DNA of 64,000 nt, taken from positions 1 to 64,000 of IMG/VR virus record IMGVR_UViG_2576861683_000003; one strand, given 5' to 3'. Below the pieces are notes generated by a model, which saw only the letters and a list, made by a program, of their open reading frames with translations, had not been told where the DNA came from and did not search any database. This document shows, piece by piece, positions 1 to 8,970 of the stretch. How positions within the stretch are numbered: position 1 is the first letter of the stretch; each line of letters starts with the position of its first letter. Origin of the DNA: a virus (Duplodnaviria > Caudoviricetes). A program made the translations under genes and the position numbers.

Positions 1-366
1 ATGAAAATATTCGATATAGATAAGATAATGAATAACTTATCTGACAAGGATATAAGAAAAATAAATCAAACTTATAACAACCAAACTAATAAAGAAGAAA
101 ATTTCAATAAATGGTTTTTTGACACATTTATCTTTGATCATATTTTATTTGAAGGGTTATTTATTTCACTTACTATAATTTTTATTTGTATACTCACATC
201 AGTATCCACACCTCATCTATTCTATTCATTCTTAATTTTAGTTTTTATTTACTTCACTATGAGTTTAGTCATTACTATCTATGATTGTATTAATAATAAA
301 ATATCACTAATTTTATTCTTTAGAGTAAAGAGAATTGCAATAATGACCAGCCTAATGAATAAATGA
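1..366 (+). CDS. Small 2-TM membrane protein, close paralogue of 44608..44973 (putative immunity-like)
   Basis: Near-identical blocks KKINQTYNNQTNKE..F.KWFFDTFIFD and ITIYDCINNKISLILFFRVKRIAIMT; two hydrophobic segments. Confidence 0.8.
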   Translation: MKIFDIDKIMNNLSDKDIRKINQTYNNQTNKEENFNKWFFDTFIFDHILFEGLFISLTIIFICILTSVSTPHLFYSFLILVFIYFTMSLVITIYDCINNKISLILFFRVKRIAIMTSLMNK

Positions 367-397
367 TCTATTTGTAACTAAAGAAAATCAATCTAAC

Positions 398-463
398 TTA
401 TTGGGTGTTTTCATCAGATGTCTCGTCGTTATTATATATCTTTAATATTAGAATAAATTTTCC
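398..463 (-). pseudogene. 3'-terminal remnant of the DUF4225-like gene (GKFILILKIYNNDETSDENTQ*)
   Basis: Hand translation matches the C-terminus of 45016..45984 (GKFILILKKYNNDESSNENTQ*). Confidence 0.85.
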
Positions 464-531
464 CTAATAAAAAAACCACCAGCGGTTAACGGATGGCTAT
501 CTAAATAAATGTCATCAACATCACTCTATGA

Positions 532-723
532 AAACAGCATATTGATTTTATTGATAATAATCATGGAGTAGCCAATAAAGGCTACACTGCCCATGAGCTT
601 TGTGTTACTCCTGGTGAATTATTTTTCTCATCAAGAGAGTTAAATAATTGGATTTGGGCTAAAAATGAAAATAATGAGGATGGTTGGGTGCCACTTTCAA
701 ATGTATCAGAAATCATAGAGTAA
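532..723 (+). pseudogene. C-terminal fragment of a bacterial SH3-domain protein
   Basis: Hand translation YTAHELCVTPGE..ELNNWIWAKNENNEDGWVPLSNV; no in-frame start codon. Confidence 0.6.
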
Positions 724-1038
724 TCATTACTATCTAATTAATCATTTTGTTTTCTCTGTTTTTTAACTTATGTTACAGGGCTTTATTTTAGTAATTATAC
801 ATGAATTTCTATCAGCCCAGAGTTGATATCTAATACATTCTATGTGTTTTACTTTCTGCTCCTATTGAGGCTCTTTTTATTATTAAAATCTAAAGAGTAA
901 CGTTCATTATTAACAAATTGTCTTAATCTATTGTTTTCACACAGACTAGTGAAAGCCCTGTGGAAGCCCAAACTCACAGCGTGATTTTTATAGATTAAAA
1001 CCCCGCAATGATACCGAATATATTTAACCCACTGTGTT

Positions 1039-1497
1039 TTAATCAAAAACATTATTAATAATTGAAGTGACTATCGCTGTACTTAATGCGATCAATACCA
1101 AATCATTTCCAACAATGCGCCATTCGTAACCAGGATAGTAAGGTAATTGGCTAAGCATTTTTTCAGGAACCATTTTCTTCGCAATACCGGGAGGCAATGG
1201 CTTTCCTCTTACTAAATTTTTAGCAATACCTGGAGGGAGTGATGAATATCCCGTAAATCCACCATTCAACGCAATTGCTCTAGCCTCATTATAAGATAAA
1301 GAAATTGAGAAAGAGGTTTCATTATCAAATTGATTATTTTGTGATTTATTATGCCATTTGTTTGGTTTCTCGCCTTGATATCCTTTATTGTGACCTCTTC
1401 CATGTCCATTATCTGGATCTGCATAAGAAGAAACAGATATCATCGACAAACCTATAATCACCAACAATAAGTTACTTATTCTAGAAAGAGTGCTCAT
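1039..1497 (-). CDS. CigR/RcnB-like exported protein
   Basis: Signal peptide, G/H-rich linker, LPPGIAKNLVRGKPLPPGIAKK and YPGYEWRIVGNDLVLIA motifs; ORF track extends to 1545. Confidence 0.75.
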   Translation of the reverse strand: MSTLSRISNLLLVIIGLSMISVSSYADPDNGHGRGHNKGYQGEKPNKWHNKSQNNQFDNETSFSISLSYNEARAIALNGGFTGYSSLPPGIAKNLVRGKPLPPGIAKKMVPEKMLSQLPYYPGYEWRIVGNDLVLIALSTAIVTSIINNVFD

Positions 1498-1635
1498 GTC
1501 TATGACCTCAACAATTAATTTTTCACAGAATATCCTTCGAGGCACACAACTACCATAAGTAATACTCCTAGAAAAAAATAACTGACAGGTGTCATTGTTG
1601 CTAACTTAGTTACGAATACATAACTAAGTCTTTTT

Positions 1636-2064
1636 TTATTTCAAACACTCCTGCCTTATATAATTCTGTAACCCTTTAATCATCTGCTCTGACTCTGCAA
1701 TTCGCTCTCTGAGTAACTCATAATTTCAGATAGCGGTGTCAGTAGGTCTGGCAGTGGATGCATAAGCCAAGCTGGTGGCGGGAGTGGTTTTGCTTTTTGG
1801 GCACTCGGCTTTGATATACACCCGTTCAGGATGACGCTCACTAATATCACGCAAGCGACTAATTTCATTCTTGGCATTCGCTAACTCCTGCGTATATTGA
1901 ATATCCAACTGATTTAATCGCATTATGCGTGCTTGATAATCAGTGTTAATAGACTTCTGTTCTTCGAGAGCCACCGTTAGTTTTTTGTTGGTATCTATCA
2001 GTGAATTAATCCTGTTAAATTGCCAGTTAATCACCCAATAACTACCCACAATAATGCCTACCAT
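1636..2064 (-). pseudogene. Rz i-spanin with an in-frame nonsense codon at 1726-1728
   Basis: Homologous to 43415..43876; the frame continues past TGA as NYELLRERIAESEQMIKGLQ to a stop at 1636. Confidence 0.8.
1680..1877 (-). CDS. Rz1 o-spanin lipoprotein embedded in Rz
   Basis: Lipobox LNGC and Pro-rich PLPPPAWLMHPLP. Confidence 0.8.
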   Translation of the reverse strand: MPRMKLVACVILVSVILNGCISKPSAQKAKPLPPPAWLMHPLPDLLTPLSEIMSYSESELQSQSR

Positions 2065-2099
2065 CGCAATGACAGCATAGAGTTTTCCGTATTTTATGA

Positions 2100-2258
2100 T
2101 TAGTACCGATGATGTGATAGTGCAATCTGACAGCGTTTTTCTAAACTCACTTGGTCTTTAGTACATGAGTTATCAATCAAGAGATAAATGCCACCAGCAA
2201 CTGTAATGAATCATGCAAGGATAAAGCTGATAATGATGATTAAAGGTTTCCATGACAT
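2100..2258 (-). pseudogene. Small single-TM lysis-cassette protein with an internal TGA, homologue of 43883..44041
   Basis: Hand translation MSWKPLIIIISFILA*FITVAGGIYLLIDNSCTKDQVSLEKRCQIALSHHRY. Confidence 0.65.
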
Positions 2259-2764
2259 AGTGCTGACTCCGCCTCTCGACGACTGACAAGCCCTCGCCAG
2301 ACCTTTCCTCCTGCATAAACCCAACGTTTTATTTCTTCACAGGCACCCGCTCTATCACCCGCATTTAATTTCTTAAGTAATGTTGAGCGAGCAAATGCTG
2401 CCGTTCCAACATTAAAAGTAAAGGAATATAAAGCGGCTTTGGTGTAGTCATCGAGTGGTACTTTGATTAATGTATCGACTTCCAGTAACGCATTAGAAAC
2501 AATCACAAGGCCGTACATGGATATCCATGTATTCGTTTGTTGTAAGTGCCCTTGAATAAATTGCCTCGCTTTCTCTAACAAATAAATACAGCTCTCTTGT
2601 GTGTTTTTACGCCAATAAGATTCAATCGCCACCAGCAATGAGTCACCTGCATCATTAATCTTTTGTGCACCAATTCGATACTGTTTTTTACCTGCGGGAG
2701 ATGTCGTGCAAATTAGTTGTGTGAGTTGTTGAGTTTCGCCATCAGCCGTATGGATATTCGCCAT
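2240..2764 (-). CDS. Chimeric ORF: unrelated N-terminus fused to the C-terminal half of a GH24 endolysin
   Basis: From VDTLIKVPLDD onward it matches 44023..44493; the catalytic E/D/T N-terminal part is absent. Confidence 0.7.
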   Translation of the reverse strand: MANIHTADGETQQLTQLICTTSPAGKKQYRIGAQKINDAGDSLLVAIESYWRKNTQESCIYLLEKARQFIQGHLQQTNTWISMYGLVIVSNALLEVDTLIKVPLDDYTKAALYSFTFNVGTAAFARSTLLKKLNAGDRAGACEEIKRWVYAGGKVWRGLVSRREAESALCHGNL

Positions 2765-3202
2765 TAAATGATAGAGGCATAGTGAAGACTAAACTGTAAT
2801 TCGCTTATCTCTTTTTACATAATATTTACCGATTTATTTAGTTAATAAGGTGCCGACTCACAGCTCTTGTGTGAACGGTATAAATGGGTGTTGATTCTGT
2901 GGTCGGCGTAGATGAAAAGGCTACAAAGTAACCTTATTTAATTTAAGGTTGAATATACTAATAAGAATAATTATCATTACATATATATCAAGTTGACAGG
3001 TTTGATACGAATTAGTACGACATGACTTACATTGCTTCTTGCGTTTATTTTATATGCCGATATGACTCCTAGCGTATCGGCATTTTTTTATTTTGTTTTG
3101 GGCGGTTCTTTCATACTTATAGTTTAGATATTCTGTTCAGTGCCAAGAGCAGTCATAGGCACCCTGAAAATCACACTATTCTTGACTTTAACCCGTTCAA
3201 TC

Positions 3203-4117
3203 TCAATGTTCATGAAGAATATCATACGAGAATGTGACGTGTTCACGAACAAATTCTTTATCCTTTACTGCAGGTTGTATTTGCTCAATGGTGATTACAC
3301 AAAGAATGCCCGCGGAGTTCATGAGAACTGCTTTTTGCCTAACTTCGAGTTGGACAGTTCGAATAGACCTGATTAACGGCTTGTAATCTAATGGTTCGGA
3401 ACACGATTCAGGAAGAAACCAAACAGCCTCGAGTCCATAATCTTTATAGATCCTAATTGTCTCACTATTTGCTTCGTCGATCATTATATCAAAGTGATAC
3501 TCACCATAACCTACTCGGTAGAAAGGATTATCATTGTAACAAAAGGTCACGCGACCATTGAGGGCTGGACTAGTATAGTATGCAGGGTCACGCATATTAC
3601 TTATGCACTCAAGCCGAGCAGCACGTTCACGAAGCATTGGTTGATGTATAGCATGACTTTTGTCGGCCGGTAAGCCTTCAATCCAACGCCAAACATCCTC
3701 AATCTGAGCTGCTCCAGGAAAATCCTCTTTATCTGGGCAGCAATTGAAGTCAAAGCCTTTTGGATTATGCTCAACTAACCAAGCTGGCAACTTTCGTTCG
3801 GGATTTTGAACAAAAATAACTGATAACCAAGCATTAGGCTTGTGCAAAAAAGCCTCACTTATCCATTTAGTCTCAATTCCTACCCCTGAATTTGGCATGT
3901 TATTTGCTCTATGTACATAGTTATCATCAACAATTAAAAGCACATGTGAGGCCTCAGTAACCTCTCTCATAAATCCATTCAAGCTGGAGCCATATTCAAC
4001 AGCTTCATCAATTTTGATAGCATAACCAGCCAGATGGAGATGGCTTGCTAACAAACGAACCCATGCCCGATGGCTTTCAGACGTCCATGCATAAGAGATA
4101 AATAAATTGCTTTTCAT
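3203..4117 (-). CDS. TIR/SEFIR-domain protein (putative anti-phage effector)
   Basis: N-terminal LFISYAW..HRAWVRLLA..L, ID, FM and GVGIE motifs. Confidence 0.8.
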   Translation of the reverse strand: MKSNLFISYAWTSESHRAWVRLLASHLHLAGYAIKIDEAVEYGSSLNGFMREVTEASHVLLIVDDNYVHRANNMPNSGVGIETKWISEAFLHKPNAWLSVIFVQNPERKLPAWLVEHNPKGFDFNCCPDKEDFPGAAQIEDVWRWIEGLPADKSHAIHQPMLRERAARLECISNMRDPAYYTSPALNGRVTFCYNDNPFYRVGYGEYHFDIMIDEANSETIRIYKDYGLEAVWFLPESCSEPLDYKPLIRSIRTVQLEVRQKAVLMNSAGILCVITIEQIQPAVKDKEFVREHVTFSYDILHEH

Positions 4118-4268
4118 TCTTCCATTTCCAATGTGATCAATACTGATAATTATAATTTAGGTTACTAAAGAATCTTGTTTGTAATCAATAAAAACCATGA
4201 CGTCAGCTCTTCGCTCATTGCTACCACTGGATCTTTCCTAAAGCAGCTTTGTGCCCGAAGTAGAGTTA

Positions 4269-4805
4269 CTAACTTTTTCCGTTGGAGAGTTTCTCAAGTG
4301 TCGGATATTGGGGAAGAACTTCGATGATCCGTGAGACACATTCATCACTGGATAAACTGTATGAGTCTAAAATAAGGTGTTCTCTGTTCCATGGTTCATA
4401 AGCCAAGTTTGTGACATGTTTCCAGTCAGGCAAGGTTAATCCCTCGACTTCAGACACTCTGGTTTCAACTCGTTTACGATGCTCAATTATATCGGAACAT
4501 ATGATCTCAATTTCTAAATAACCAGTTCTTGTGGATAAAGCTATTTCTCGATAGGCATCACGGGTTAACGCCAATGGATTCACTGAGTCAGCAATTACTG
4601 TCGCCCCTAATTGTAGATTCTCTCTGGCGAGTGAGTAAGCGACAAAATAACCAGCTGGTCCCATTTCGCGATCATCTTCATCGGCTTTCCGTATGGCTTG
4701 CTCAATCGTGTCGATTCGCAAGTAAAAAGCGTTTAACCGCTTTGCCAAAACCTGAGCGATAGTACTTTTTCCGCTTCCCGGCAAACCACTGAAGATGATT
4801 AGCAT
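4269..4805 (-). CDS. AAA_33-type P-loop kinase
   Basis: GLPGSGKST, LRIDTIEQ, VIADSVNP. Confidence 0.8.
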   Translation of the reverse strand: MLIIFSGLPGSGKSTIAQVLAKRLNAFYLRIDTIEQAIRKADEDDREMGPAGYFVAYSLARENLQLGATVIADSVNPLALTRDAYREIALSTRTGYLEIEIICSDIIEHRKRVETRVSEVEGLTLPDWKHVTNLAYEPWNREHLILDSYSLSSDECVSRIIEVLPQYPTLEKLSNGKS

Positions 4806-5076
4806 AACTTGTCCTTTAAATAATGAAATCTAATAACATTGAAATATTTCGAACCCTAAATTGTTGGGTTTTGTGAAGCTATTATGACAAGCGGTATGAC
4901 AAGAGTCGAAGAGTATTACTGCTTGTGTTAGTACTTGACGTGTCCGTCTTCGCTCAGATCTAATTGTGTTCGACTCACAATCTTTGCAAACCCAAATTTG
5001 AATGAATGATCTTACAAAAACAATTAAGGCTACACATTATGCGTAGCCTTAATCTTATTCACATTATCTAACCCAA

Positions 5077-5535
5077 TTATTTTTTATCTTTATTTTCTAT
5101 CGCTATTGTTTGTCGTTTTTCTTCTTCGGGTAATTCATACTCAATAGCAATGGTCAGAAGTCCACTTGATAAATCCGCTTTTTCTATTTTAACATTTTTA
5201 CCGAGGTCAAATTGCAACGTAAATTGTCCTTGAGATATACCTCGGTGGATCCATTTATCATTGTCTTCTTCTGATTTTTCTTCTTTTTTCCCTTCAATCA
5301 ATAAACGACTTCCTTTTAATGAAACCGATAGGTCATTTTCTTGATATCCAGGCACACTTACTGTCAATTCATAATGGTTATCATCAATCTGTTTCAGGTT
5401 ATAAGTCTGTACAGGTGATGCTATAGGCTTACTGCCTGTTAACTGACTAAACAGGCGATCTATCTGATCAAAACGATTTGAAAGTAAGTTGTCAGATAAT
5501 GTTGGGAATAATGAAAAAGGTTTAATGTTAGGCAT
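5077..5535 (-). CDS. Hsp20 small heat-shock protein (IbpA-like)
   Basis: YNL..IDDNHYELTVSVPG, WIHRGI, A.LSSGLLTI. Confidence 0.9.
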   Translation of the reverse strand: MPNIKPFSLFPTLSDNLLSNRFDQIDRLFSQLTGSKPIASPVQTYNLKQIDDNHYELTVSVPGYQENDLSVSLKGSRLLIEGKKEEKSEEDNDKWIHRGISQGQFTLQFDLGKNVKIEKADLSSGLLTIAIEYELPEEEKRQTIAIENKDKK

Positions 5536-5593
5536 ATAACTCCTCCTTCAGTATTTAGTGAATTATGGGTGTATCTTATTTACCCAAAATATA

Positions 5594-5620
5594 AATATGA
5601 ACGAGCAAAAATTTTTCAAG
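5594..5620 (-). promoter_or_regulatory. Putative sigma-32 promoter of hsp20
   Basis: Minus strand reads CTTGAAA-N13-TCATAT upstream of the Hsp20 gene; the -10 element is imperfect. Confidence 0.5.
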
Positions 5621-5670
5621 GTCTAAAATCTAAATTTTTTATCTTTAGCCAATATGAGATTGTAGATAAC

Positions 5671-5697
5671 AAAAAACCCCGCCGAAGCGAGGTTTTG
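5671..5697 (-). terminator. Intrinsic terminator downstream of csp
   Basis: aaaaaaccccgccgaagcgaggtttt hairpin with T tract. Confidence 0.7.
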
Positions 5698-5865
5698 TAT
5701 ATTCAACTATTTAATGCTTAACTCATTTGAGCTGTCATCACACTTTTGCAAAAGATACATTTTGCGCCATGTGGATTGTTCACTGTGACATCAAATTGTG
5801 ATGTTCTATATTGTGAACCGCTGCACCTTGGGCATTTAAAATAGAGGCGAATAGTAATAGCGCCT

Positions 5866-6078
5866 TTAGAGAGCCACCACGTTGCCTGCTGCTGGGCCTT
5901 TCATACCATTTTCCATGGTGAATGAAACTTGTTGGCCTTCAGCTAATGTTTTGAAGTTATCACTTTGGATTGCAGAGAAATGTACGAATACATCTTTGCT
6001 GCCATCAGCTGGAGTAATAAAACCAAAACCTTTACCTTCATCGAACCATTTTACTGTACCAGTCATTGTATTAGACAT
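5866..6078 (-). CDS. CspA-family cold-shock protein
   Basis: [16 protein letters not shown] and [13 protein letters not shown] motifs. Confidence 0.95.
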   Translation of the reverse strand: MSNTMTGTVKWFDEGKGFGFITPADGSKDVFVHFSAIQSDNFKTLAEGQQVSFTMENGMKGPAAGNVVAL

Positions 6079-6251
6079 AGAATTTCCTTTAATTTATTTA
6101 ATTTGCCATAAGGCATAGGCGGTTTGTTTTGTATTTTTACTTATGGGAATTAATTAGAAGGAATTCACAATGAAGAGGTATCGAGGATAACGCTAAACGG
6201 GAACAACTTTAAACTTACTAACATAAATTGGTCTGTACTTCCAAACCAGTG
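6079..6251 (-). promoter_or_regulatory. Long cspA-type 5' UTR with cold box
   Basis: Minus strand actggtttggaagtacagacc resembles the cspA cold box, about 170 nt upstream of the start. Confidence 0.6.
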
Positions 6252-6418
6252 ACGCTATTAAGTCATAGAAAAATGCAGATAGCAAACTTTATTTTTTAGC
6301 GGTAAATCAGCTTAAGTAGACCTATAAAAAATACAACCCCGTTATACTCACGAGGTTTTCAATAGGTAAGAGGCGTAATATCAAAACCATCATTAACATA
6401 ATATATTGTGTTTTGTAA

Positions 6419-6619
6419 TTACGAAAGACTATAAATATTGTGTTTTATAATTATTTTATCCATATCTAATTTTACGTTATCAACCGATAAGCACCCTTCA
6501 ATAAATCCTTCCGCTGTCTGCAATCGCTTAGCCACTTCGTTATGAGAAATACCAAGTTTTGAATCCATTGAACGCAAAGGATAATTCTTCACATAGTACA
6601 TAATAACCAACTGAAACAA
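6419..6619 (-). pseudogene. C-terminal remnant of antiterminator Q
   Basis: RLQTAEGFIEGCL motif; abuts the truncated int. Confidence 0.75.
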
Positions 6620-6629
6620 GTAACTATGG

Positions 6630-7496
6630 ATGGATAAATATTTAGATATTCAAAAAGAAAGATTAGATATCGGTGAATTAAAAATTAATTCTTATCGACA
6701 AAAAATGAAACCTATTAATTTATTCCGTCAGTATTGTGGTACGAAAATATTAAAAGAGATAACCGCATTAGATATTGCTGAAATAATAGATTCCATCAAA
6801 GTATTAGGACACTCAAGAATGGCGCAGGTCGTTCGCATGGTGCTTATTGATGTATTTAAAGAAGCTCAACATGCTGGCTATGTTCCTCCTGGTTACAACC
6901 CTGCGAAAGCAACTAAACAACCACGGAACAGAGTGAAAAGAGAACGCATGACATTGGAAGAATGGCGCACTATTTATCAGCAAGCTAAGAACCACCCTCC
7001 TTACCTGCAATGTGGCATGTTGTTGGCTTTAACTACAGGTCAGCGGATCGGTGATATCTGTAAAATGAAATTCTCTGATATTTGGGATGACATGTTACAT
7101 ATACAGCAAGAGAAAACAGGCAGTAAGTTGGCCATCCCTCTCTCACTAAAATGTGAGGCTATCAATCTCTCCTTAAGAGATGTTGTTGCTCAATGTCGTG
7201 ATGCTGTTGTAAGTAAATATCTCGTGCATTATCGGCATACCACCGCACAAGCAAAACGAGGCGAGCAAGTCACACCAAATACGTTAACCACAACATTTAA
7301 AAAAGCGCGAGATAAGTGTGGGTTAACTTGGGAAAAAGGTACGGCACCAACTTTCCATGAACAGCGATCTTTATCCGAGCGGCTTTATCGTGAGCAAGGA
7401 ATTAATACACAAAAATTATTGGGTCATAAAACACAAAATATGACTGATAAATACCACGATGATAGAGGCAAAGAATGGCAAATTATTGCTGTTTAA
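6630..7496 (+). pseudogene. int: Phage 21/e14-family tyrosine integrase lacking its N-terminal arm-binding domain
   Basis: TGQR, FHEQRSL and LLGH..T.KY motifs; aligns to 53023..54150 from about residue 87. Confidence 0.85.
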
Positions 7497-7504
7497 TTGA
7501 ACAG

Positions 7505-7544
7505 TTTTGGGGAAGAGTTTTGGGGATATTTTGGGGAAGAATTT
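7505..7544 (+). repeat. Three tandem TTTTGGGGA repeats, probable Int arm-type sites
   Basis: ttttggggaagag ttttggggata ttttggggaagaa, between int and icd'. Confidence 0.7.
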
Positions 7545-7559
7545 TATAGTACAAAAAAT

Positions 7560-7584
7560 AAACGGGAACCAATAAGCTCCCGTT
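7560..7584. terminator. Hairpin terminator between int and icd'
   Basis: aacgggaaccaataagctcccgtt; equivalent hairpin at about 54405-54429. Confidence 0.7.
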
Positions 7585-7605
7585 AACTATTTATCAAATC
7601 AACAA

Positions 7606-7770
7606 TTACATGTGCTTGATAATCGCGTCACCAAACTCGCTACATTTCAGTAGTTTAGCGCCTTCTAACTGACGTTCGAAATCATAAGTTACAGTCTTAG
7701 CGGCAATCGCCCCTTCCATACCTTTAATGATTAAGTCAGCCGCTTCTGTCCAACCCATATGGCGTAGCAG
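7606..7770 (-). pseudogene. icd: Duplicated 3' end of isocitrate dehydrogenase (att junction A/B)
   Basis: Translates [54 protein letters not shown]. Confidence 0.95.
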
Positions 7771-7925
7771 TAACACCTAAATTATCACTTACTTTATTAA
7801 TTTGTAGGGTATATTTCATTCATTATTTTCTTATTTTTAGTTTTGTAGGGTTAATTAAACAATTTATATTAATCACGCTTGTAACTTAACTTTGCTACCT
7901 TAAGTACAAAGTTAATTTGTAAAGG

Positions 7926-8403
7926 TTGAGTACAATGAATAAAAAACATATTGGAGTCGCTAAGTTATTACACGCTATTTTTCAACAATATCATGAGCAG
8001 ATGGATTTGCCATTTTTCTGTACCTATCCATTAAATTGTTGCCAAGGAGCCCCAATCTTATTAGAGCAACTTATCCTAGACTTACACCCAAATGCTAAAG
8101 TCACTATTGTTAAAGGTAGTTCTCGTAAAGATGATAATCATCATTACTGGCTTGAAGTTGATAAAAAGATTTTCGATTTAACTGTTGAGCAGTTTGTATC
8201 TTGGATGGATAAAAAATATCACTGCCCTGCTTCACCAATATATGGCGATAAAAAGCATCCTTTAGTAGATTATTTTTTCTATAAACAACAATTTTCGTTT
8301 GATGAAACGTATCAGGATATTTATTACTAAACATGCGAATGAAGAAGATGTTGTTGAAGCTTATGGTATGGTTATATTGAAGTATTTTGAGTTGGTGCAA
8401 TAA
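7926..8403 (+). CDS. Transglutaminase/papain-like Cys-His-Asp protein, probably frameshifted near 8320
   Basis: YPLNCCQGA, HYWLEVD and IFDLT motifs; another frame continues to a stop at 8403. Confidence 0.5.
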
Positions 8404-8970
8404 TATTCGATATTCTGAGTTATTTACTGCAATATAAACCGTTTTATACATAAGTCTAATATCAACTGAATATTAGATTTATTTGTGACTATAAGTGGTT
8501 TTACGTATTTTTGAAAGGCTGTTTTGTGCCAAAAGCAGATATTTAAGTATAAATCACTCCTCCCCAAAGTGAATTTCAATCATTTAGGTATACACTATAT
8601 CAATTCATTCCTTGCCTTACATTTACTAATTAGAATGATTGACAGTACATGCATATTTAATGAATTAAAGGCTCCCCATTCAACCCCTTGTTTCTTCTGA
8701 TTACTTAGGCAAGATATTCCACATTAAAAAATTCATATAGTGCCGTAGGTAAACTTCTATTAAGTTATAATGTTCTTTACAAGTAATTTATAGCAACCTC
8801 ATGGTGATATGAAGAAGAAAAAGATAATATCTACTGTTATTGATTACACATTCATTACTTTTTTATCCATTAAAACCTATGAACCGACTACTTGAACATA
8901 AATTAGAATTAACTAAAAAGAAAAACAACAAAATTCCGGGTTCTTATCACCAGAATCTCACCTTTGGACA

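Larger units (their letters stand above)
1..7770. mobile_element. Prophage remnant A (left end outside window), icd-integrated
   Basis: Decayed spanin, endolysin and Q genes, a 5'-truncated integrase and an adjacent icd 3'-end copy. Confidence 0.85.

Noticed and set aside
7505-7544. G-run repeats as a G-quadruplex or mini-CRISPR
   Set aside because: Only three G4 runs and no spacers; the position next to int fits arm-type binding sites
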